A stretch of DNA of 60,931 nt, counting the filler, from Squatina squatina (lineage: Eukaryota): the NCBI GenBank assembly GCA_031763465.1. It is 4 parts of 4 records of this genome, joined end to end, with 100 filler letters (N's around TTAATTAATTAA, not from the genome) between each part and the next. Parts side by side here need not be neighbours in the genome. Positions count along the whole stretch, not along the records: positions 47,021 to 60,931 come from JARFOE010000016.1; 3 more parts are not named here. The stretch is one strand, 5' to 3'. Of the stretch, positions 50,715-60,931 are shown in pieces. The notes beneath the pieces are model-generated. The model saw nothing but the letters and a program-made list of their open reading frames with translations. It was not told the origin of the DNA and made no database searches. Position 1 is the first letter of the stretch, and every line of letters starts with the position of its first letter. The translations under genes and the position numbers were made by a program.

Positions 50715-51275
50715 AGACTTGCATTTATATAGTGCCTTTCCCAACCTCAGGACATCCAAGGAAATACTTTTGAAGTGTAGTTAGTGTTGTAAAGTAGGAA
50801 ATNNNNNNNNNNNNNNNNNNNNNNNNNNNNNNNNNNNNNNNNNNNNNNNNNNNNNNNNNNNNNNNNNNNNNNNNNNNNNNNNNNNNNNNNNNNNNNNNNN
50901 NNNNNNNNNNNNNNNNNNNNNNNNNNNNNNNNNNNNNNNNNNNNNNNNNNNNNNNNNNNNNNNNNNNNNNNNNNNNNNNNNNNNNNNNNNNNNNNNNNNN
51001 NNNNNNNNNNNNNNNNNNNNNNNNNNNNNNNNNNNNNNNNNNNNNNNNNNNNNNNNNNNNNNNNNNNNNNNNNNNNNNNNNNNNNNNNNNNNNNNNNNNN
51101 NNNNNNNNNNNNNCCACAAACAACAATGTGATAATGACCAGATAATGTTTTTAAGTGATGTTGGCTGAGATAAATATCGGCCACGACACTGGGGAAAACT
51201 CCCCAGCTCATCTTCGAATAGTGTCATGGGATCTTTTGCGTCCACACGAGAGGGAAGACAGGTTCTCGTTTAAAT
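50715..51275 (-). mobile_element. Deu-domain SINE, split by a gap
   Basis: Antisense Deu core and tail aagacttgcatttatatagtgcc. Confidence 0.75.
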
Positions 51276-51801
51276 GGGAAGTTTCTGTGCAACCTTGTCA
51301 TGCTGTAATTACACCCTCAATCCAGTGGTGGCGTTGTAGTGTAGTGTAGTATATTCCCATCTCCTCAGCCGGTACTGCAGAAACATTCCTATGCTGCAAC
51401 CAACTTTACTTTTTCTGCTTTCCACTATATCTGCACAACCTGCTCCAATTCAACCCCCTTTAGTCTTCACTTCATGTATGCAATGCTATGGGAGATCAAC
51501 TAGTTTATTATTAAAAATCTGAGTAGGACACACACTTACTGTCCATAAACTTTATTTCCAGTTATTATGATCTTTGGTCACACTGTTGACATTTACTATG
51601 GTAAGCTGCTGTGTCAAAATTTCCAATTCAATCTTGCTAGGTTAATGGTTGAGGTAGCCCCTCTAACTACTAGGTGGTGATGCAAAATGAGTTTCTGAAG
51701 TCCTTCACAATTCCATCACCATCTTATATATTTAAAAAAAATATTCTTTAACTGAGTATGGACAATGCCACAGGCAATTTACTGGTTGTAAAAATACTTA
51801 C

Positions 51802-51862
51802 AGTATGTTCTTTTGAGATTTTCATTTTCCACAATCCTCCTTTGGCATTACTCTCATCTTCC
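51802..51862 (-). CDS. EIF4E3: EIF4E3 exon (W-EDESNAKGGLWKMKISKEHT)
   Basis: eIF4E PxWE..N..GG.W motif; 61 nt, AG/GT flanked. Confidence 0.92.
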
Positions 51863-51983
51863 CTATGAAAACCACCATTAAAAACAGTAAATACAAATTG
51901 AAAGTACTGGAATATTGCTTGTTGCATTATTATTCAGAACTCTGCAATCCTTTAGATGTTCTAATATCATGTCCAGTTACTTA

Positions 51984-52103
<120 letters not shown>

Positions 52104-55100
52104 TTAGCACAATTAGTTCAAAATAAAATATATAACGTTCACACAAGAAAAAGCAGCATTCAATTGGTAAATATCCTATAAATCCAAATTACTTGTTCGC
52201 ATTTATTTAAATAAATGAGTCTCATTTCGAGTTACATTTTAAAACAAATTACTCCTGCATGAAACAAACATTGATAAATGCAATTACAATAAACATTCTG
52301 ATTCACCATTCTTTGGCTGAAGATTAGACTCCACATACTTGAGGTAAAAAAGGTCATGCATGTCTGGGAGGGGCAATCTGTATTTTTAACAGTTTCCAAA
52401 CAGAAACCATGCAGCACATAACTTTTACATCCACGGAGGACTGCCTTACAGCCAAGCAGAACTAGTTTCCTCAAAATCAGGTGCATATAATCCAAAGAGC
52501 CCAAGATCAATTTTAATTTTGTACATGCAGAGCTCGCAGCAAGAGCGCTTCCCTTTAACAGAGGGAAGCGCTCTGGCAAAGCAGCAGCACCACTCCTGGC
52601 CACTGATGGTGCTGCTGAGCTCTGCGCCCCAGAGCAGGCTCTTTGGCATCCCACAACCAAGNNNNNNNNNNNNNNNNNNNNNNNNNNNNNNNNNNNNNNN
52701 NNNNNNNNNNNNNNNNNNNNNNNNNNNNNNNNNNNNNNNNNNNNNNNNNNNNNNNNNNNNNAAGCAGGGCCTCAACCCAAATATATTCTACTGTCTTAAC
52801 CATCTAACCTGGAATAACTCACATGGAGTTTTTACATTCACATTTTAATATCAGACACAGGTGAAACAAAAACACTGCAGAATTGACCATTCCCCACTTT
52901 GGTTATCCATTTGTAAAACACTGATGAAATATTGTATGTGCAGTCTTAACAGTTACAACACTAGGATGCTGGACTTGCAATTGGGAGACCCAAACTTGAA
53001 TCCAACTCTTACAGACACTTGCACAGGAGATTTCCCAAGGAGACAAATCTACTGGTCTTGGGCAGGTCATTAGGGAAAGCTCGTTCTTCATATTGCTCTG
53101 CACACTACATGGTCGAGTTGATTATGGAGATGCATGGATAGCGCATGAAGTAGTATCAATGAGCTGGATCATCCTTACCATCCTGAGGCCAGCAGTATGC
53201 ATGGAAGATGTTAAGACAGAGACTTCTAAGGAATCTTGGCCTGTTCTAAATTATGCAGCTCCTTTAATAAAGTTTCATTTAAATATTAACACTCACCTCC
53301 CCACCCTACTCCGCCTTCCTAAAATAGTTTTCATGATTTCCTTCCCCCTTCCATTCTTGAAAGTAGCAACACATACCAAATGACTCAAAGGGCATTTTTC
53401 TTATACAAGCCTAAAAGTAATTATTCACAATTTATTCATTATTGGAAGCTTGTGGCCAAACCAGAGGTTCTCACATGTGCACACATTCCAGCAGGGATAA
53501 AGGGATAACAATTGGGAGGAGGCAGTGGAAACTTCAGCCAATATTTTCCCTCCTCTGGTCTGGGGACCCTGAGGCAAATTGTACTTCTCCACTGCTGTCC
53601 CAGCCAGAATCTACTAAAATCCCCACATAGTTTTGTCAATCCATTATGACACATATTACATGGTTGTGTCTAGGTTGAATTGTTTTGTAGAAACCTAGAT
53701 ATGCAGCAGATGGCTCGAAGCTGCATGCGGTACCATATTCTACCAAAGTGGATGTCGCCAATTACAACTGATCAATTAACGGTGCAGGTTCACAAAGATT
53801 CCCAAATATTTTGTTATAATTGCAGTTTCTTCCATTAGCCAGACAATAAGCAGATGTCCACTTTTTGATGCTTGTCAGTTATCAACACTCATCAATTTTT
53901 ATCAGAAATCAAATAACAAAACACCAGCAGTTTACTGATACTACATTACTCAGATGCCAGATCGGTCATCACTGACATTTTTAAGCAGTCAATTGGTTGT
54001 TAGGAAGCAAAACATTTAGAAACTTCATATTTACATACACAACTTTATTAAACCATTAAAATTAATAAACCGATAGGAACATCTTTGTGAAAAATTATAG
54101 GTCTTTAGCTGTATAAGGAAGTAATTCTAAATTAACTGCACTACTTATCTATTAAAATTGACTGTGCTTCTTGTATTCGTGCTACATTCAATGTTCAAAA
54201 GCACCCCTGTAAATCTTCAAGATATACAGAAATTACGCACATTGCAAACAAAACAGATCATTCTTGTTAGAAGAAAATCAGTGTTACTTTGCTAATAAAA
54301 TAGGTTTTAATAATCTGCTTTAGACTGAAAGTTTGATATCGCCTTTACCGTTCCAATTTATCAGCTAAGGCATACAGAGCAAATCTGTAGCTAATTTCAC
54401 CAAACATGCAAGTTGGTTGGTTATGCAGAACAGAATATAAAGCAATGACCTAGAAATCAGTTTACACAGCGCCCGTTTATCGGACGCCACTCGGACTAAG
54501 CATAAGCAGATTTCTAACCGCCTGCCATTTTGGATAAGGTCGATGTGCTGGTGTCAGAACCACATGTATGGAGCATTTTAAGTACAGAACAATATATTTA
54601 AATTAGGGCCCTGAGCTTCTTCCAGGACCGTTTCCGATTTTCAATCATCCCAGCGCTTAACTCGCCACCTGCTGAACAGGCACAGCGCAACATGGCACTC
54701 ACCAGCGGGAAGGTCCCCATGGGATCATTTGGACCACACAGAACATTAACTGTATTTCTGGTGACTTGGGTCAGGCTTCAGACTCAGAAGGTTGCTAATG
54801 TGCCAAACTCATAGGTCTGAACTGTTCTTGGTATCCTCATTCCTGGGATGAAATTTGAGAGAACTTCTCCTCTAAATAGAAATCACTCATTAATGAAATC
54901 TCGATCACCAGCATCATCTGTATCACTGCACTATTTAAAATGATTTTCTTTACCCTGACGCCTATGGCATTCTTAGACTTGAGGTGACTTTCTGACATTT
55001 TTTTCCACAATTTGTGACTGATTTGGCTGTTGGTGGCAGCTTTTNNNNNNNNNNNNNNNNNNNNNNNNNNNNNNNNNNNNNNNNNNNNNNNNNNNNNNNN

Positions 55101-56986
55101 NNNNNNNNNNNNNNNNNNNNNNNNNNNNNNNNNNNNNNNNNNNNTGGGACATTTTACTACATTAAAGGCGCTATATAACTTGTATAATTAATTACATTAC
55201 AGGAACTCCGTCGTTTTTAAGGATCTTGGTAAATGTAACTGTAGTCGGGTTAAGCATTTTACATGCTCGCTTAGTAATCAACATATCTGGGTATTTAATT
55301 ATATTGTAACCTGATCGGTAATTTTTCCAAAACAGGAAACATGCGATGAGCTTCCAAGCCTGTCGGCCGGAAATCTTCAGGAGCTCTCTGGACTTCTATG
55401 AAACCCGCCTCCCGACAGGATCAGAGCTACAGCGAACGGGTCCATAGGGGGTGTGTGTGTATTAACTACATGACGGGAAACCTCAAGCAGAGGAGAGTCA
55501 CAGCTGCTTCGAAGCTGGCATCGAATAGGCTGGTTTGGTCCAATTGTTTGTGTCAGAGCTACCAGATTCTTGTAATAATCTTCTACTCTCCTTTCATTTG
55601 TTTCTAACATTGCTATTTTAATGTAAAAGAAAACCCACAATAGTTCTGTCGCAACAATGTAAAATGGATCCTTTGTTGCATAATGCTCCCGTACTCCAGA
55701 AGCGTAGCGTTAAACGGGCATTGGATTTAATCCCAGGAGGTGGGCAGTGATTCCGATTTATTTCGGAAGTCTGAATTCCACCCCACCCCTTTTTATCCCC
55801 GGAATCGGAATCCAGCAGAATAGTAGCGACATTCCGACTGCAATTAAGGTGTTATCTTTGTCCAATGCATGTTTGTTGGTCTGTATTTATATCTTTGTGT
55901 TTATTATGGGTTACTGTGGAAAATGTGCAGTAGAAATGTACAGGAACAATCTTTCTTCTTTGTAATCCTCATATCACTGTATATCCAAAAGAACAAATCC
56001 TTCAGGTTATTAATGATTTCCTGTGTTCAATAATATATAATGGGCTCTGCTGTCATCGGTCTGGCTATGGTTTACGTTTAGAGTGGCCGAAAAAAATATA
56101 CACAGGAGACAACAGANNNNNNNNNNNNNNNNNNNNNNNNNNNNNNNNNNNNNNNNNNNNNNNNNNNNNNNNNNNNNNNNNNNNNNNNNNNNNNNNNNNN
56201 NNNNNNNNNNNNNNNNNNNNNNNNNNNNNNNNNNNNNNNNNNNNNNNNNNNNNNNNNNNNNNNNNNNNNNNNNNNNNNNNNNNNNNNNNNNNNNNNNNNN
56301 NNNNNNNNNNNNNNNNNNNNNNNNNNNNNNNNNNNNNNNNNNNNNNNNNNNNNNNNNNNNNNNNNNNNNNNNNNNNNNNNNNNNNNNNNNNNNNNNNNNN
56401 NNNNNNNNNNNNNNNNNNNNNNNNNNNNNNNNNNNNNNNNNNNNNNNNNNNNNNNNNNNNNNNNNNNNNNNNNNNNNNNNNNNNNNNNNNNNNNCGGTGA
56501 GAAACGCTCCGTCCGGCTGTCTGCTGCTTTTGGTGCAATGCACTGATATTTTCCATCCGGTTCCTGTTTCAGAAAAGAGAGAGAGAGAGAGAGAATTGCC
56601 AGAGAGGCAGCCAGGAACCAGACTCTGCAGATTCTGCAAGGCAGACTCAGACACATCAGTCCAGAGGTGCTCTGAGAGCAGAGGCTATAAACCCCGTCTG
56701 TTCCATCACCTGCCTAACCCTTCCTCCNNNNNNNNNNCACACCCACACACACACCCAGCCATCAGTTGCAGATACCTGATAGCCCCCAATTCAGTGGGAG
56801 AAATCGAGGCCAAGGCCTGGAACCTGGACCCCCCCCCTCTCTCCCACAGATGCTGGAGGTCAGGGCAAAGTGGCCTTGCTGGAGTGGAGGGGCCAGCGCC
56901 TTTGGGTTTCAAGATGTGTGCTCGCAGCTGCTGGCCTGAGGATTATTGAACGAGGGAGATTCAGGGCCAAGCCTGCCTGTGTTTGT

Positions 56987-58093
56987 ATGGCCGATTCCAG
57001 CGACCCAACCCAGCCTCGGCCTTTCCCCGGGGGCGCAGCCCCCTACATTAAGCTCTTGGCTCTGGGAGTCATCATCTGTGTCAGCCTGACGGGCAACGTG
57101 GCGCTCTCGCTGCTGGTGCTGAGGGACAGGTCCCTCCACAAAGCCCCCTACTACTTCCTGCTGGACCTGTGCCTGGCCGACACTTTCCGCACCACCGTCT
57201 GCTTCCCTTTCGCCCTGGTCTCGGTGAGCAATGGCTCGGCCTGGACCCACAGCTCGCTCAGCTGCAAGATCATGGCCTTCATGGGCGTCCTCTTCTGTTT
57301 CCACGCCGCTTTCATGTTGTTCTGCGTCAGCATCACCCGGTACATGGCCATCGCCCACCACCGCTTCTACTCCAAGAGGATGACCTGCTGGACTTGCCTG
57401 ACCACCATCTTCATGGTGTGGGCCTTATCGATGGCAATGGCCTTCCCGCCGGTGTTTGACGTGGGCACCTACAAGTTCATCAGGGACGAAGACCAGTGCA
57501 TCTTCGAACACCGCTCCTTCAAAGGCAACGACACCTTGGGCTTCATGCTGATGCTCTCCATCCTCATCGTGGCCACTCACCTGGTCTACCTCAAGTTNNN
57601 NNNNNNNNNNNNNNNNNNNNNNNNNNNGAAGCCCGCCCAGCTCATCCCGGCCATCAGTCAAAATTGGACGTTCCACGGGCCGGGCGCCACGGGCCAGGCG
57701 GCCGCCAACTGGATCGCGGGCTTCGGGAGGGGACCGACGCCCCCCACCCTGGTGGGCATCAGGCAGACAACACACAACCAGAACAAGAGACTGCTCGTCT
57801 TAGACGAGTTCAAAATGGAAAAGAGAATAGGCAGGATGTTCTACATCATCACGGTCCTCTTTCTGCTGCTCTGGTCCCCCTACATTGTCGCCTGCTACCT
57901 GCGGGTCTTTGTCAAAGCCAGTACCATCCCACAGGTCTACCTGACCGCCGCAGTGTGGATGACTTTCGCCCAGGCGGGGGTCAACCCCATCTTGTGCTTT
58001 ATCTTCAACAAAGAGCTGAGGATTTGCTTCAGAACCCATTTCCCTTGTTTTCAAAGCACACAGACGCCCAGGGAAGCCTACTGCGTTATTTAA
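56987..58093 (+). CDS. GPR27: SREB-family class A GPCR, SREB1/GPR27 by synteny (368 aa, 30-nt gap)
   Basis: 7TM protein with SREB signatures HKAPYYFLLDLCLAD, TRY in place of DRY, and WTFHGPGATGQAAANW. Head-to-head with EIF4E3, as GPR27 is in other vertebrates. Confidence 0.85.
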   Translation: MADSSDPTQPRPFPGGAAPYIKLLALGVIICVSLTGNVALSLLVLRDRSLHKAPYYFLLDLCLADTFRTTVCFPFALVSVSNGSAWTHSSLSCKIMAFMGVLFCFHAAFMLFCVSITRYMAIAHHRFYSKRMTCWTCLTTIFMVWALSMAMAFPPVFDVGTYKFIRDEDQCIFEHRSFKGNDTLGFMLMLSILIVATHLVYLKXXXXXXXXXXXKPAQLIPAISQNWTFHGPGATGQAAANWIAGFGRGPTPPTLVGIRQTTHNQNKRLLVLDEFKMEKRIGRMFYIITVLFLLLWSPYIVACYLRVFVKASTIPQVYLTAAVWMTFAQAGVNPILCFIFNKELRICFRTHFPCFQSTQTPREAYCVI

Positions 58094-58955
58094 AAGACGT
58101 TTGAAGAGCAGGAACACATCACCTGCTTTTCTTAAGACAGCTTAAATGAATACACACAACCCACCAAAATCCGTAAGGGAAACTGTTAATGATGTACATG
58201 CAGGCGTTTGACGGATTAACCTTGGTCGCAGGGCAGGGCAGTCCGGTCCAATGGTTTCTGTTTACATTGAAGAAGTGGGAGACGCTGAGTCAAATGTTTT
58301 GAGGACGAGTTAATTTCTCTGGAATACCAATTCATCGAGGCCACTTTACATTAGGATCNNNNNNNNNNNNNNNNNNNNNNNNNNNNNNNNNNNNNNNNNN
58401 NNNNNNNNNNNNNNNNNNNNNNNNNNNNNNNNNNNNNNNNNNNNNNNNNNNNNNNNNNNNNNNNNNNNNNNNNNNNNNNNNNNNNNNNNNNNNNNNNNNN
58501 NNNNNNNNNNNNNNNNNNNNNNNNNNNNNNNNNNNNNNNNNNNNNNNNNNNNNNNNNNNNNNNNNNNNNNNNNNNNNNNNNNNNNNNNNNNNNNNNNNAC
58601 GCGTTTTCCCCCTCTCCAATTTAAGAACTTTGTATGATCGTACCTGCCCTTTTGATATTTTCTTAGCTTGTTTTTCTGCGTTGTAATATATTGGAAAAAA
58701 TGTTTTGACCTTTAAACGTTACTTTTTGCAATTTCATATCTTAATGTGCATTTTACAAACTGTCTTTGAAAAACAAATGTCAATTTTACATTTCTTTCTC
58801 TAGCTCAATGTAAATAACAGTCTAATAGTTTAGTGTTAGCTGTAGTTATTGTCATACAGAATTAACAGATTAGTAAGTTATACTGTACTCACGATTTGAT
58901 TGATTCAAGATGGTAGCTTTTTTTCTCTTGTACATTTCCACTGTTTTTACTTGAA

Positions 58956-58961
58956 AATAAA
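58956..58961 (+). terminator. Candidate polyadenylation signal of the GPCR gene
   Basis: AATAAA at the end of an AT-rich 3' UTR-like region. Confidence 0.4.
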
Positions 58962-59249
58962 TTTATTAAGCAGAAGAACAGTTTTTCTCTCCACGGTGAG
59001 AAATTAAATTAATGGATCTCAAATTAAATGTACTTTAGGTTTTTTTGGTAAAAGTTACAACTGATCATGGTATGTTGTAATTTAAGTGGATAAGAAGAAG
59101 CTGAGAGCCCAAGTTTCTGTCTTGATATGTAAGGAGTGACAACTATAAATAAACATGCTAATTGTAGAAAGAAGGAAGCCATATCCAAGGAACTATGTCA
59201 AGCATCAGATAAGAGCTGACAAATTTATTCACCATTAAAATTGTAGCTT

Positions 59250-59330
59250 TCTTGATCAGCCCTGATTTAATTGAATGGCGGAATAGGATTGAGGGACTGA
59301 ATGGCCTACTCCTGTTCCTATGTTCCTTTC
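59250..59330 (+). mobile_element. CR1 3' tail
   Basis: gatcagcc..gatttaattgaatggcggaataggattgaggggactgaatggcctactcctgttcctatgttcc. Confidence 0.65.
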
Positions 59331-60931
59331 AAATAGCATAGAAACTGGCAGAGTTGGTGAAATGCAACTTAAACTCAGTCAAATGGATCACCAGCTGTCA
59401 AACAATTATGCAACAAATGACACCCAAAAATGTCTACATATATAGGTAAATGTCACCAGAATATAGTTGCTTTGTTTAGCTTGTTGCTGAGATTGTAATA
59501 CAAAAGATTTTCTTAACTGGACGAATGATTTGGATTGACATTCTACTAATACTCCAACACATGGTACAACAGACATTGAAATAAGTGTATTGTATTTAAT
59601 TAGGGTGTGCAACTTACTAAACCGCAGTGTAAAATATTCTGGAATGAATGATACAACTCCTTCCAGTAAGTTAGAGCAATTCATCATTTTCTTTTGTTAA
59701 TGTGAAAACAAAAGAGAACATTTTAAAAATGAAAATGATAATTCTTTATTTGGCATGCTGGAACCCTGTCACAAAGCTGGAAAAATAAAGGTTATGAAAA
59801 TAATTTGTAAATATACTGGAGGCCTTTTATTACCCATCCAATTTGCTAGCTAAGTTTTGAGTATAAAGTGGGTAGTAACATGATGATGGTTTAGAAAAGT
59901 CAAATAAATAAAGAATGGTACAATAAAAATAAATATAAAGGAGGCCAAGAAAGAAAATATAAGTGGGTAAATAAATGAGAAAAATCAGGATTGTAGAAAG
60001 ATTGCAATTTGATTAAAGGGTTAATGTGAAAAGCTTTAGCTGCGTTTGAGTGTCAAATTAAGATTAATTGTGACAATCTGAGGTGCTCTAATCTAATACC
60101 TATGATGTAAATTGGTCTTACTGTGATATAAAATTTGATTCAATAAAACCTATCCATAGGAATAATTAATGTTTAGTGTTTTTGGAATTCTATAATTTGA
60201 GTATGGTCAAATATGCATGGTAATTAGCAAATTATGTTGCAGTACAATATGAATTAACCAGCATAGTCTCTATTTCAGACACTGAATACTCTAGATTCAA
60301 TCTGAAACTAAAGAAACAAGAGAATTCTTATTAATGATTGTGGAATTTTTGTCCTGAATGAGGAAATCTACAGAGCCCATGAGTGAGTTATAAATGTCTT
60401 TCTCCCAAATGGGATTAAAATGTGTATTCCACATTTATCCATTGGGCAAACTATTTATGCCACTTTAAATAGAAATTAAATAAATTCTTTTAGTAAGGAC
60501 AATTACAATCATGCAGGGCATTTTAATATTTTCCTTGGTCATATCAAACAGCTTTCACCTTCTCCAAAGTTGTTTGATCACTAGACTGAAAATGTACTAA
60601 AAAGATTTAAAGAGGGGTGGGCTTAGTGACCTGAAAATTCAGCAGCCTCAGATGACTGCAAATTTCAGAATATGAGTGGCCTAAACATTAAGACAAAAAT
60701 AAAACTGACAGACATGGTTGGTGATTATAGAACAGAACCTCCAGTGTACATGATAGGTACTGCTCAATAACGAATTTTACATTTTCCGATGTGCATTTGC
60801 AAGAGGTTTTATATGTCTTTCCTTGAAGAAGGTCTCAGTAATCCTAATGCTATGTGTATGAATCATGTCATCCCAATACTGACTAGTATTTCAAGAATTT
60901 ACAAATTCTGACTCAAGTGAGTTCTACTTTT

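Noticed and set aside
56870-56986. 39-aa N-terminal extension of the GPCR in the ORF track
   Set aside because: Starts at GTG; SREB homology begins at ATG 56987

Overview
Vertebrate nuclear DNA, most likely from a cartilaginous fish (shark-type CR1, L2, RTE and Deu-domain SINE repeats). The window joins four unrelated, gap-rich scaffolds through artificial 100-nt linkers (N44-TTAATTAATTAA-N44 at 16680, 31542 and 46921). Piece 1 (1-16679) holds GJC1/Cx45 (+), ADAM11 exons (-), a DBF4B exon (-) and CCDC43 exons (+) with two consecutive U12-type introns. Piece 2 (16780-31541) holds nested retro- and DNA transposons, a complete hAT-type MITE carrying a 31-bp minisatellite, and the first coding exon of a divergent TIPARP/PARP7-like gene. 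Piece 3 (31642-46920) holds MAP3K7/TAK1 exons 1 and 3 with the CpG island, a stray WDR19 exon, and a decayed two-gene Harbinger transposon. Piece 4 (47021-60931) holds EIF4E3 exons (-), the last of which loses homology mid-exon, head-to-head with a SREB-family GPCR that is GPR27 by synteny. Gene calls rest on manual translation, splice-site logic and recalled vertebrate protein sequences; no searches were run. No prokaryotic or CRISPR-type system is present, and I found no clearly new biological system. The best leads are the EIF4E3 C-terminal replacement, the twin minor introns, the minisatellite MITE and the TIPARP-like gene.
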